Shown piece after piece: positions 50,437-60,211 of a stretch of DNA of 64,000 nt. A program made the position numbers and the translations under genes. The DNA lies in the NCBI GenBank assembly GCA_009839835.1, contig VXOY01000010.1:4025-68024 (forward strand). The letters are read 5' to 3'. The notes beneath the pieces were generated by a model, which worked only from the letters and a program-made list of their open reading frames with translations, made no database searches and had not been told where the DNA came from. Position 1 is the stretch's first letter; the number at the start of each line of letters is the position of its first letter. The DNA is from Candidatus Spechtbacteria bacterium SB0662_bin_43 (GTDB lineage: Bacteria; Patescibacteriota; Minisyncoccia; Spechtbacterales; 2-12-FULL-38-22).

Positions 50437-52188
50437 ATGTCCGACCAACACACTGTGAGTGGGGGGTCGCAACGACGTCGGTCGGCGTTGTTGTCTCTCC
50501 TTATGCTCTTCACTATCGCAGCACTTGGGCTCGGCGCTTTCGCCGCGTACATGGTGTTGCGGAGCGAGGAGACGCAAGAGGGTCTGCCGCCGTTGACCGT
50601 GATGGTGCAAGACCACGAAGGAGAGCCGGTCAAGCTCGCAACCGTCGCAATTGAGCCTCTGGGCTCAACCGACCGGATGGAGCTTGTTTCCAGGCAGACC
50701 GACCATCGCGGAATGGTCTTTCTGCGCCCCAACGGGTCGTGGGACCAGGACACCGTGTCGTCAATCGAGATGATCGTGGATGTCAACGACGATGGGATGT
50801 CTGAGTACTCCGCAGTTCTCACGCTTCTGGGCGAAGTGTGGGTAGCCAATAAGTCGCATCCCTGGCTGGCTATCACGACCGAGGGTCTGGTGGCTACGCT
50901 GGAGGAAGGTCTCGTGATGAGCGAGGCTGAGGGTGACGATTCAAGTGCTACCAACGACCAGCTCATTGTGGCAGAGGAAGTCACAACAGAAGAGACCGTA
51001 GCCGTTGCAACAACGCAGCGGTCAGGCTCGCGACAACCTCAGTCACAGCAGCCCGCACAACCAGAGACTGTTGCAGCGCAGCAAGAGCGGCAATTCACAT
51101 TCCCAGTGGTTCAGACACTGAGTGGCGTGACCGTGTCGTTCAACTGTGGTGACACTGGGGTGTCGGCAACGCTCGAGTCGTTCGAAGTCCGGCTCAGTGT
51201 CGCGGAGGATGGTCGCATCGTTGCGATTATCACCGTTATTGAGAGCGAGGTCAATCCAGACCTCGTAGGTGAGTCGTTCGTCTTTGATCTCGAGGAGAAC
51301 GGGTTTGAAAGCTCGATTCGAGTTGACGACTACTCACTCTCCGATCTTCGTTCCCACACCTCGTCAATGATCCGAGAGGTCGGCAAAGCCGAACTCGAGA
51401 ATCGGCGAACAGCGATTCTCGAAGCGAACGATTTCCGGTGTTTCTATGGCAGAGCGACTGTGGAGCGCGCAGTTGAGCACTCATGCCCGGGTGAGCTTGG
51501 TGGAACGATTTCCACCACTCCCGTGGTTGTTACTATCAACCGCGACACCATCGAAAACACTCCGGTGATTACCGATGGTGGTACGGCTGGTACGTACCCC
51601 TTGAGTGCCATCACGGTTTTGGGCGATCGCGCTACGGGCCAACAGGACGCAGACAACTTTGCCTCTGCTATCGCGGATCAGGTGGCGCAACATCGCTACA
51701 ACATCGCGCTTGCGAGAGTGAAGGCGCAGTGTCTCACTGACCAGGGCAGCGAAGATGTCGTTGGGCAGGGTGACGACACCCTGCAGGAGGACGACATGCT
51801 TGAGGAGGCCGAAGACGACCTCTTAGAGGCCGACGAGGACACCTCTTCTTCAAGCCCAGGGTCTGGCGCTGGAGAGCCGTTGCCTATCATGGCATCAATT
51901 CAGCGAGTCCAGATGTACGTCACTCTGTCTGATGGCACCAGGGTAGATATGGAACCGTTCGAGGCGGTGGTCGTGATCGACCCCGACCTCATTGTGACGG
52001 CAGCCATTGACAACGCACTGGTCCTGGACATCGTGAGTTACGGGCTTCCTGAGTCGGTGAACGCAAGCCAGGCAACGCAGCGGTTCGCGTTCCTGATGCT
52101 CAACACCTTGATTGCTGTTGAGCGACAACAGCGAGCCGAGGCGTACGCCAGTCTGCATGGCATTACGGACTACACAGTGCCTAAGTAG
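50437..52188 (+). CDS. GC-rich (~58%) membrane-anchored acidic hypothetical protein
   Basis: LLSLLMLFTIAALGLGAFAAYMVL anchor; D/E-rich stretches; AGAAAGGAT leader. Confidence 0.55.
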   Translation: MSDQHTVSGGSQRRRSALLSLLMLFTIAALGLGAFAAYMVLRSEETQEGLPPLTVMVQDHEGEPVKLATVAIEPLGSTDRMELVSRQTDHRGMVFLRPNGSWDQDTVSSIEMIVDVNDDGMSEYSAVLTLLGEVWVANKSHPWLAITTEGLVATLEEGLVMSEAEGDDSSATNDQLIVAEEVTTEETVAVATTQRSGSRQPQSQQPAQPETVAAQQERQFTFPVVQTLSGVTVSFNCGDTGVSATLESFEVRLSVAEDGRIVAIITVIESEVNPDLVGESFVFDLEENGFESSIRVDDYSLSDLRSHTSSMIREVGKAELENRRTAILEANDFRCFYGRATVERAVEHSCPGELGGTISTTPVVVTINRDTIENTPVITDGGTAGTYPLSAITVLGDRATGQQDADNFASAIADQVAQHRYNIALARVKAQCLTDQGSEDVVGQGDDTLQEDDMLEEAEDDLLEADEDTSSSSPGSGAGEPLPIMASIQRVQMYVTLSDGTRVDMEPFEAVVVIDPDLIVTAAIDNALVLDIVSYGLPESVNASQATQRFAFLMLNTLIAVERQQRAEAYASLHGITDYTVPK

Positions 52189-52281
52189 TTCGCGCCTCTA
52201 CGGGCGGAGCATTCATTTGCTCCGCCCGTTCCATTTTTAATCTCATTCTTTTTTTTAGTGCAGAGATTTTCTCATAGAGAG

Positions 52282-52384
52282 TATAGACGATGGTATTTAC
52301 TTTTTTATGCCAAGGTCATCTATGAAACAATTGTATCTATATAGGTAGTATTTATGCATAAAAAAGCAAATACCATCGTCTATA
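52282..52384. repeat. Family-B long-hairpin intergenic element, copy 2 (29-bp stem, one mismatch)
   Basis: tatagacgatggtatttacttttttatgc-caagg...gtagtattta-tgcataaaaaagcaaataccatcgtctata. Confidence 0.6.
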
Positions 52385-52497
52385 ATGTATAACTTGTAGC
52401 GAACAATAAGAGAGTTTTATAGATATAAACGAATTTTTACAATGGGGATTTATCCAGTATCGTAAACGAGCAAGATGGTGTATACTTATAAGAGTAT

Positions 52498-53196
52498 ATG
52501 ATGAAAAGCATTAAAACTATTTTACGGGGACACGTGAAAGACGCTGTGTACGCTGCGAACGATGGAGCTGTAACAACCTTTGCAGTTGTTGCAGGAGTTG
52601 TTGGAGCCTCATTGGGTAAGCCTGAACTTTTGATTCTTGGGTTTGCAAGCCTGTTTGCCGATGGTTTTTCTATGGCAACAGGTAATTTTTTAGGAACGCG
52701 ATCTGAAAGCGATCAATACGTGCACGAAAAGGAAGCAATGAAGAAAGAATTCAGCGGAGATGGGCGCCTGGCGAAAGAAGATGCGGGCAAGTTTCTGAAA
52801 GAAAGGGGTTTTTCAGACCAAGACGCAGAACAATTGTCTGCGGTGATGGTCAGGAACAAGCCATTTTTCCTTGACATTATGATATCGCATCGCTTGGGTA
52901 TCAGCGACAGCAACACAAAAGACGCGTTGCGTAGTGCTGTGATAACGTTTCTTTCATTTTTATTCGCAGGTATTATTCCACTTCTGCCCTATATCTTTTT
53001 GAGTAGCCAAGATACTTCGCATAATTTTGTGTGGGCGTGTGTTTTCACCGGTGTCGCGCTTTTTGGTATTGGCGCGCTTCGGACGTTGTACTCGGATAAG
53101 AAGTGGTGGAGTGGAGGGTTTGAGATGTTGCTTGTTGGAGGCGTTGCAGCAATTATCGCGTATGCAGCAGGGTATGCGATTCAAGGAATCGTTTAG
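52498..53196 (+). CDS. VIT1/CCC1-family (putative Fe/Mn transporter) membrane protein
   Basis: ANDGAVTTFAVVAGVVGA N-terminal VIT block and C-terminal hydrophobic half. Confidence 0.7.
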   Translation: MMKSIKTILRGHVKDAVYAANDGAVTTFAVVAGVVGASLGKPELLILGFASLFADGFSMATGNFLGTRSESDQYVHEKEAMKKEFSGDGRLAKEDAGKFLKERGFSDQDAEQLSAVMVRNKPFFLDIMISHRLGISDSNTKDALRSAVITFLSFLFAGIIPLLPYIFLSSQDTSHNFVWACVFTGVALFGIGALRTLYSDKKWWSGGFEMLLVGGVAAIIAYAAGYAIQGIV

Positions 53197-53226
53197 CAGC
53201 ATCTCTATTACGAAACTATCAACGTA

Positions 53227-53308
53227 GAATTTTCTTTTTTATGCCCAGCTCACTACAAAGACAATCTTGTGTACGGTAGTGGCATTGTATGCATAAAAAA
53301 GAAAATCC
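53227..53308. repeat. Family-B long-hairpin intergenic element, copy 3 (shorter stem)
   Basis: gaattttcttttttatgc-ccagctcactacaaagacaatcttgtgtacggtagtggcattgta-tgcataaaaaagaaaatcc. Confidence 0.6.
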
Positions 53309-53376
53309 TCCCGCTGATACTCATTAATATATACACAAACAGCGCAGTGTTCGTTATCATTTAATTCGTTATTTTT

Positions 53377-54411
53377 ATGGCACGTACCATAGCTATCAAT
53401 GGGTTTGGAAGGATAGGAAGAGCGGTTTTCAAACAAGCAATAGAACGTTCTCGTGATTTCAATGTTGTTGCTGTCAATGATTTGGCAACACCAGAAAACT
53501 TAGCATATCTCTTGCAGTACGACTCGGCAAATGGAAAATATGATAAAAGCGTCCGCGTCAAGAAAAAGGGAGAGATGCACTACCTCATCGTAGACGATAA
53601 GCGGTACGTGTTGTACGCAATGCAGGACCCTACGCAGTTGCCGTGGGGTGATTTGGGTGTAGATGTTGTTATTGAATCAACGGGTATTTTTACAACAAAA
53701 GAGAAGGCGCAGCAGCATATTGCAGCAGGCGCAAAGCGGGTTGTTATTTCCGCACCTGCAAAAGACGAAAACACACCGCATATTTTGATGGGTTCTAATC
53801 ACAAAACCTTATGCAAAGAGGGGCTGGATACCGTGACTTCAAACGCCTCTTGTACAACCAATGCAGTAACGCCCCTTATGGCTATTTTGTCAGAGAGCCT
53901 GGGGGTTGTAAAAAGTTTGATGACAACAGTCCACGGATACACTGCGAGTCAATCGTTGGTTGATTCCACAGTAAAAGGGGATGATTTTTTGCGAGGTCGG
54001 GCAGCAGCAATGAATATCGTTCCTTCGAACACAGGTGCCGCAAAAGCGACCGCAAAAGCCCTACCTCATTTGAATGATAGGTTTGACGCAGTTGCAGTTC
54101 GCGTTCCTGTTATTGTAGGGTCTCTGGTAGATTTAACCGTGCTCGTTGAAAAGAAGACGAGTGTAGAAGCAGTGAACGCACTGTTCCGCGAAGCCCAAGA
54201 CAGTGATAGGTGGAAGGGGATTCTGGAGGTGAGTGATACACCGCTCGTCTCATCAGACATTGTCGGCAACACGAGCGCGTCTATCGTTGATACAACGTAC
54301 ACCCGTGTTGTTGATGGCGATTTTATTAAAATTCTCGCGTGGTACGACAACGAATGGGGATATACGCACACTCTTCTTGAACACGCACAGCAGGTTGGTA
54401 ATCTTGTATAG
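53377..54411 (+). CDS. gap: Glyceraldehyde-3-phosphate dehydrogenase
   Basis: INGFGRIGR NAD fold and ASCTTNAVTPL active-site Cys block. Confidence 0.95.
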   Translation: MARTIAINGFGRIGRAVFKQAIERSRDFNVVAVNDLATPENLAYLLQYDSANGKYDKSVRVKKKGEMHYLIVDDKRYVLYAMQDPTQLPWGDLGVDVVIESTGIFTTKEKAQQHIAAGAKRVVISAPAKDENTPHILMGSNHKTLCKEGLDTVTSNASCTTNAVTPLMAILSESLGVVKSLMTTVHGYTASQSLVDSTVKGDDFLRGRAAAMNIVPSNTGAAKATAKALPHLNDRFDAVAVRVPVIVGSLVDLTVLVEKKTSVEAVNALFREAQDSDRWKGILEVSDTPLVSSDIVGNTSASIVDTTYTRVVDGDFIKILAWYDNEWGYTHTLLEHAQQVGNLV

Positions 54412-54417
54412 TCAATA

Positions 54418-56061
54418 ATGAAAATAGGCGAACAATTAGAATCTATTCTTGAGGGTGATGTTTCAATGGACTCAAAGGTTCTTGCAGAGCACTCAAGAGA
54501 CGCGAGCTTATTTCGGGTAGCGCCACGTGTCGTTGTGTTTCCTCGGTCGTCTTCTGATGTGCAGCAGGTCGTCCGCTTTGTTAATAGGAACAAGAAGGCG
54601 CACTCCAGACTTTCTATCACAGCGCGGAGCGCAGGCACTGATATGAGCGGAGGCCCATTGAACGACTCCATTATTTTGTCGTTCACAAAGTATATGAATA
54701 AATTGAAGATGCATAAAAAGACCGCAACTGTGGAGCCAGGGTTGTACCATCGCGATTTTGAAAAACAGGTGTATCCACGAAACCTCTTTATGCCAAGCTA
54801 CCCTGCGTCAAAAGATTTAGCAGCGTTTGGTGGGCTGATTAACAATAACTCTGGAGGAGAATTGACGTTGCGATACGGAAAAACGAATAGATACGTGAAG
54901 AAACTCAAGGTGGTGTGTGCAGATGGCAACGAGTATGTGTTTGCTCCGCTCCATAAAAAGGAAAGGGAAGCAAAGTGCAGGAAGAACGATTTTGAAGGAG
55001 CGTTGTACCGTAAAACATACGGCTTAATCCAGAAGCACTACGACGCTATCTGCGCTGCGCGTCCCAATGTGTCAAAAAACTCAGCAGGATATGCGTTGTG
55101 GGATGTGTACGACAAAAAGAAAGATATTTTTGATCTAACACAGTTAATCGTTGGGGCTCAGGGTACGCTCGGGATGGTTGTTGAGGCAGATATAAAATTG
55201 GTGCCAATACCAAAGCACAGGCGACTCGCTGTTCTTTTTTTGAAAGAATGGGACAGGATCCCTGAGATAGTCAATGCTCTTCTGCCCCAGGATCCCGAGA
55301 GTATGGAGGTGTTTGACGATGAAACTTTGAAACTCGCGCTCCGTTTTTTTCCTGAAATCGCGAGCCGTACCGAGAACCAAAACATAGTGAAGATGGCGTT
55401 TCAATTCATGCCAGAGTTCTTGATAGGAGTACGGATGATGCGGTTACCCAAATTGGTGATTTTGGTAGAAATAGCAGAACATACAAAAAAAGAGGCAGAG
55501 AAAAAATTGAGCGCACTGGAGGAGGAGATGACGGCAATGAAGGTGATACATCGTTCTTTTCGAACAGAAGAGGAGGCAGAAAAATACTGGACTATTCGCA
55601 GAGAGAGCTTTGCGTTGTTGCGAAAGCATGTCGGCAACAAACGAACCGCACCATTTATTGATGATATTATCGTGCGACCCGATGTACTGCCAGTCGTATT
55701 GCCAAAGGTTTTGAGTGTGTTGAAACAATACTCTATCAAGGCAACGCTTGCAGGGCACGCAGGAGACGGCAATTTTCACATTATCCCTTTGATGAACCTT
55801 GAGGATCCGCGCGAACGTGCAAAAATTCCCATCGTTTCTGAAAAAGTGTACGATATTGTATTACAATACGGAGGCTCTATAACCGCAGAGCACAACGATG
55901 GGTTAATCCGTTCACCCTACCTGCAAAAGATGTATGGCAAGGATATGTACAAGATATTTCAAGAGGTAAAGCACATCTTTGACCCAAAGGGTATTTTTAA
56001 TCCACGGAAAAAAATGAGCGCTGGTATGGAGTACGCAAAAACCCACATTGACCATATATAG
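54418..56061 (+). CDS. FAD-linked oxidase (GlcD / D-lactate dehydrogenase-like)
   Basis: PCMH-type FAD-binding N-domain (VVFPRSSSDVQQVV...ARSAGTDMSGG) and C-terminal FAD-oxidase domain. Confidence 0.7.
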   Translation: MKIGEQLESILEGDVSMDSKVLAEHSRDASLFRVAPRVVVFPRSSSDVQQVVRFVNRNKKAHSRLSITARSAGTDMSGGPLNDSIILSFTKYMNKLKMHKKTATVEPGLYHRDFEKQVYPRNLFMPSYPASKDLAAFGGLINNNSGGELTLRYGKTNRYVKKLKVVCADGNEYVFAPLHKKEREAKCRKNDFEGALYRKTYGLIQKHYDAICAARPNVSKNSAGYALWDVYDKKKDIFDLTQLIVGAQGTLGMVVEADIKLVPIPKHRRLAVLFLKEWDRIPEIVNALLPQDPESMEVFDDETLKLALRFFPEIASRTENQNIVKMAFQFMPEFLIGVRMMRLPKLVILVEIAEHTKKEAEKKLSALEEEMTAMKVIHRSFRTEEEAEKYWTIRRESFALLRKHVGNKRTAPFIDDIIVRPDVLPVVLPKVLSVLKQYSIKATLAGHAGDGNFHIIPLMNLEDPRERAKIPIVSEKVYDIVLQYGGSITAEHNDGLIRSPYLQKMYGKDMYKIFQEVKHIFDPKGIFNPRKKMSAGMEYAKTHIDHI

Positions 56062-56064
56062 TGT

Positions 56065-56514
56065 ATGAAAGTATATCTTGGAACAGACCACGCAGGGCAC
56101 GAACTCAAGGAGCACGTCAAAGATTGGCTTGCGTCTCGTTCTTTTGCAGTTGAGGATTGTGGTGCGTTTTCTTTAGATATTGGTGATGACTATAACGAAT
56201 TTGTGTTTCGTGTAGCAGAACATATTGCACAGAGCAATGTTGATAGAGGAATTATTTTTGGTGGCAGTGGTCAAGGAGAGGCAATGCAAGCGAATCGAGT
56301 ACAAGGTGTTCGTGCTGCAGTGTTCTACGGTGGCGATACAGAGATTGTGCGGCTGAGCAGAGAACACAATAACGCGAATATTTTATCAATTGGCGCGCGG
56401 TTCGTATCTCAAGAAGAGGCGTTACGGGTGATACAGATATGGTTGGGTGAGCCATTTTCAGGGCACGAACGACACAAGAGAAGGAATAAAAAGTTAGATG
56501 AACTCCTCACTTGA
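56065..56514 (+). CDS. rpiB: Ribose-5-phosphate isomerase B
   Basis: VYLGTDHAGHELK ... GIIFGGSGQGEAMQANR RpiB/LacAB blocks. Confidence 0.85.
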   Translation: MKVYLGTDHAGHELKEHVKDWLASRSFAVEDCGAFSLDIGDDYNEFVFRVAEHIAQSNVDRGIIFGGSGQGEAMQANRVQGVRAAVFYGGDTEIVRLSREHNNANILSIGARFVSQEEALRVIQIWLGEPFSGHERHKRRNKKLDELLT

Positions 56515-57148
56515 AATTATCCCTGCGATTCTTACAACGAGCGCTGAGGATGCACGAAAGAAAGCAGACGCAGTGTCTCCGTTTGTGCGATGGGTACAGC
56601 TGGATGTATGCGATGGCTTTTTTGCACCATCTGCTACCTGGGGCGATCCTCGCGCAATACGAACGCACCTCAGGAACGTTTTTGTGGAGGTTCATTTGAT
56701 GGTACAAAACCCAGAACAGAGCATAGACGAATGGTTGGATTCGGGCGTCAAGAGAATATATGTCCACTACGAATCAACCCAGCATCTGCCTTTGGTGCTG
56801 CAAAAGATACAAGACGCAAGCATAAAGGCAGGGGTCGCGTTACTACCCCAAACACCTGTTGATGTTGTTGAAGCCGTTGCTCATACCATAGACGCAGTCT
56901 TGTTATTTAGCGGCAATTTAGGCGCGTATGGAGGTGAGTTCTTGGAGGAACCAACATTGGCGAACATAGCAGCATTGCGAAAACAGTACACAGATATTAT
57001 GATAGAGGTAGATGGAGGTATGAATCCACACACAGCACAGAAGGTATATCGCAGCGGGGCACGGGCAATTGTGTCAGGAGGGTTTATTTTTCAAAGCAAT
57101 TCAGTGCGTGATGCTGTGGAACAATTGAAGAGTGTGGCGTATAATTAA
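56498..57148 (+). CDS. rpe: Ribulose-phosphate 3-epimerase-like protein
   Basis: IIPAILT...LDVCDGFFAP ... HLMV TIM-barrel epimerase blocks; pathway context. Confidence 0.65.
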   Translation: MNSSLEIIPAILTTSAEDARKKADAVSPFVRWVQLDVCDGFFAPSATWGDPRAIRTHLRNVFVEVHLMVQNPEQSIDEWLDSGVKRIYVHYESTQHLPLVLQKIQDASIKAGVALLPQTPVDVVEAVAHTIDAVLLFSGNLGAYGGEFLEEPTLANIAALRKQYTDIMIEVDGGMNPHTAQKVYRSGARAIVSGGFIFQSNSVRDAVEQLKSVAYN

Positions 57149-57156
57149 ACTATACA

Positions 57157-58026
57157 ATGCCAATACCACCTATTCATAACGACAAAGTCAAAGTACTTGA
57201 AAAAAAAGCGATTGAGATTCGCGAGGATATTTTACAGTCATTGTACGAGGCGGGCAGCGGTCACTCTGCTGGCCCATTGGGGATGGCAGATGTTTTCACT
57301 GCGTTGTATTTTCATATTCTGAATCATAAACCCCAGAATCCGTATTGGGAGGACAGGGATAGGATGGTTTTATCAAATGGCCATATTGTTCCTGGGCAGT
57401 ACGTTACGCTTGCGCACGCAGGGTATCTTCCCATAGAAGAGTTGAAGTCGTTGCGAAAACTGGGGACACGGCTCCAAGGACACCCTCACCGCCCTGCTTT
57501 GCCTGGCATTGAGACAACGAGTGGACCCTTAGGAAGCGGACTGGGGCAAGCATCTGGGATGGCGTGGAGCGCATTGCTTGATGGGAAAAAATGGCGCGTG
57601 TATTGTGTGATGAGCGATGGAGAGCAAGACGCAGGCAATACATGGGAGGCTGCTATGTGGGCAGGCAAGCATAGGTTGCATAACCTTACTGCAGTAATGG
57701 ATAGAAACAATATTCAAATAGATGGATACACTGAGGACGTGATGCCGCTTGAGCCCCTGAAAGAAAAGTACGAAGCGTTCAATTGGAAGGTACTTGAAAT
57801 AGATGGGCACAACATAGGAGAGATTGTCCGCGCATACAAGGAGGCTGAAGCAATTTTTGAAAAACCTGTCCTGATAATCGCAAATACTATTCCGGGATGG
57901 GGCGTTGAGTTTATGGAAAATAAGTACGAGTGGCACGGTAAGCCTCCGAGCTCATTGAAAGAATTAAAGGAGGCTCTGGACGATCTCCGCACCCTTGAAG
58001 GCAGGATTGAGAGCGAGCATAGATAA
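57157..58026 (+). CDS. Transketolase, N-terminal (TPP-binding) subunit of a split enzyme
   Basis: GSGHSAGPLGMADVF ... SDGEQDAGNTWEA blocks. Confidence 0.85.
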   Translation: MPIPPIHNDKVKVLEKKAIEIREDILQSLYEAGSGHSAGPLGMADVFTALYFHILNHKPQNPYWEDRDRMVLSNGHIVPGQYVTLAHAGYLPIEELKSLRKLGTRLQGHPHRPALPGIETTSGPLGSGLGQASGMAWSALLDGKKWRVYCVMSDGEQDAGNTWEAAMWAGKHRLHNLTAVMDRNNIQIDGYTEDVMPLEPLKEKYEAFNWKVLEIDGHNIGEIVRAYKEAEAIFEKPVLIIANTIPGWGVEFMENKYEWHGKPPSSLKELKEALDDLRTLEGRIESEHR

Positions 58027-58035
58027 TATGTTGCT

Positions 58036-59172
58036 ATGACAGCGAAATCCAAAAAACGACAATTAGAAAAAGCAAAACAACGCAACAATAAGGCGAGTCG
58101 CGAGGCGTTTTTTGATAAATTGAAAACAACAGGACACGAACCATTGCCTGACCCTACAAAGTTTAGAATAGGCAACGTCTTGAAACCCTTGTTTCTCCTC
58201 GGGGTTCTTGCCCTTGTACTCTTTTTCGGATATCAATCTCTCGTTGATTCCGATAGTGGGAGTATTGGATCGCAGGACAATAGTGGCAATACCAACACTG
58301 CTGTTGTACCTGATGATACGCAGACCCAAGATGACAAAGATAACACATCCAACAATGATAACATTAGCAGCGATACAGGTGATTTCTCGGTTGCTATCAG
58401 GAGTAGTATTGCTATTTCCGAGCCTACAACCATATCGTATGGCTTACCTTCGTCTCTATCAGCCGCAGAGGTTGCATTATTGGATAGCGAACTCCACCTT
58501 GTTGATAAAGATGGCGCGTACATTGGCTATATTACAGATTTGCCCTTGAGTGACACGAGTTTTGAGTGGAATCCTCAAGTTGTGTATCAAGAAAAAGGGA
58601 GCGAGGTTATTCAGGCACCACAGCAAGGACTCTATCACTTGATGATAGCGTTACGCCCCAATGACCAAGCAGAAACCCCACTGTCTGAATTGGAGCAGAC
58701 CACAATAAGCAATACGTTCGATATTGAGTACGATGAATCAGTAGAGGAGTCTCCATTTCGATGCTTTAGCCTTCGAGAATACAATCAGATACGAGGGTAC
58801 TCGTCGATAGTGAACCTCTTAGAGGAACGAGGTTTTACAGTGAGCGGGCAGGAAACGGCGTGTTATTCACCAGATCAATCGCCAGGAGAGTCGTCGCCAG
58901 ACCAAGCAGTAATGATAGTTCTTATGAACGAGCGTTCAGAACGTGGGTATCCTTTGATATTCCGCTTCGTCATAAAGAAATACTCAGAGGACGATAGAAC
59001 AGAGGTAGGTGCAGCTCAGGCAGTATATGCTATTCCGCGCGACCAAGAGCTAACGATTAACTCACTGAGCGTAGGGCGCAGACAGGGCGCTATTGTACCC
59101 CTTGTTGTGAATGGTTGGTCGCTGTTCAATTACAATTTTGTTACTAATGTTATTACCGCCGTTGCTGGATAG
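58036..59172 (+). CDS. Hypothetical membrane-anchored/secreted protein inserted between the two transketolase genes
   Basis: Basic N-terminus, TM helix PLFLLGVLALVLFFGY, S/T/D-rich linker; no family. Confidence 0.5.
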   Translation: MTAKSKKRQLEKAKQRNNKASREAFFDKLKTTGHEPLPDPTKFRIGNVLKPLFLLGVLALVLFFGYQSLVDSDSGSIGSQDNSGNTNTAVVPDDTQTQDDKDNTSNNDNISSDTGDFSVAIRSSIAISEPTTISYGLPSSLSAAEVALLDSELHLVDKDGAYIGYITDLPLSDTSFEWNPQVVYQEKGSEVIQAPQQGLYHLMIALRPNDQAETPLSELEQTTISNTFDIEYDESVEESPFRCFSLREYNQIRGYSSIVNLLEERGFTVSGQETACYSPDQSPGESSPDQAVMIVLMNERSERGYPLIFRFVIKKYSEDDRTEVGAAQAVYAIPRDQELTINSLSVGRRQGAIVPLVVNGWSLFNYNFVTNVITAVAG

Positions 59173-59189
59173 CAACTCCTTTACTACGT

Positions 59190-60209
59190 ATGAAGTATAA
59201 TTCTCGTCTTTCTCTTTCACAACCTCAGTTCACCCTTCAGTCAAAAGTAGAGTACGCAAAGACGCGGGATGGGTATGGGCGTGGTCTTGTTGAGGCAGGG
59301 GTTGCGAATAAAAATGTCATTGTTTTGTGTGCTGACCTGTCTGAGAGTACGCGGTCAGAATGGTTTGCAAAAGAGTTTCCCGACCGATTCGTTCAAATGG
59401 GGGTTGCAGAGCAGAATATGGCTACTGTTGCCGCAGGTATTGCAGCAACAGGAAAGATAGTTTTTATCTCCTCGTACGCAGCGTTTTCTCCGGGCCGCAA
59501 CAACGAACAGATTCGTACAACGATTAGTTATAATTCGTGGGGTGCGGACGAAGACAAGAAAATAACCGTTATTATTGCAGGAGCGCACGCAGGTATCTCT
59601 GTTGGACCAGACGGAGCAACGCACCAAGCGCTGGAAGACGTTGCATTGATGCGCGTACAACCAGGTATGGTCGTGGTTGTCCCAACTGATTTGCACGAAG
59701 CACAGAAAGCAACTGTTGCTTTGGCGCAGCGAAAAGGTCCCGCGTATATTCGTTTTGGAAGGGCAGAGTACCCAATTATAACAACAGAAAAAACGCCTTT
59801 TGAAATCGGCAAAGCATTTGTATATACTGAAGGGAAAGATGCAACTATTGTCGCGAATGGACCTTTGGTACACAAGGCGTTGTGTGCGGCATCCGCGCTG
59901 GCGGAGCAGGGTGTTGTGTGTGAGGTTATCAATTGCCCAACAGTCAAGCCGCTTGACGGAGAGACAATAGAGCGCTCTGTTCGCAAGACAAATGCGCTGG
60001 TAAGTGCCGAAGAACACCAGATAACCGGAGGTCTGGGGTCTGTGCTGGCTGAGTATCTCAGTACTCACTACCCCGTACCGCAAGAGTTTATCGGTGTCAA
60101 AGATCGGTTTGGTGAGTCTGGTACTCCTGATGAATTATTCCAGCGATTTGAGATGGATGTTGTACACATCCAAGAAGCAGTACAAAGAGTTATTCAACGA
60201 AAATCATAG
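59190..60209 (+). CDS. Transketolase, C-terminal (pyrimidine-binding + C-domain) subunit
   Basis: FVQMGVAEQNMATVAAGIA ... GPDGATHQALEDVALMR blocks. Confidence 0.85.
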   Translation: MKYNSRLSLSQPQFTLQSKVEYAKTRDGYGRGLVEAGVANKNVIVLCADLSESTRSEWFAKEFPDRFVQMGVAEQNMATVAAGIAATGKIVFISSYAAFSPGRNNEQIRTTISYNSWGADEDKKITVIIAGAHAGISVGPDGATHQALEDVALMRVQPGMVVVVPTDLHEAQKATVALAQRKGPAYIRFGRAEYPIITTEKTPFEIGKAFVYTEGKDATIVANGPLVHKALCAASALAEQGVVCEVINCPTVKPLDGETIERSVRKTNALVSAEEHQITGGLGSVLAEYLSTHYPVPQEFIGVKDRFGESGTPDELFQRFEMDVVHIQEAVQRVIQRKS

Positions 60210-60211
60210 GT

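Noticed and set aside
50178-50984. 268-aa minus-strand ORF rich in S/T/P/A.
   Set aside because: It is fully antisense to the GC-rich 50437..52188 gene. High-GC genes routinely generate long antisense ORFs, and it has low complexity and no start context.
48222-53308. Reading the family-B hairpins simply as Rho-independent terminators.
   Set aside because: The U/A tracts are inside the stem, no T-run follows the 3' arm, and genuine terminators of the adjacent genes are present separately (e.g. 48143-48171).
59355-60083. 242-aa minus-strand ORF and 152-aa ORF 59528..59986.
   Set aside because: Antisense to the well-supported transketolase C-terminal gene, with no motifs.
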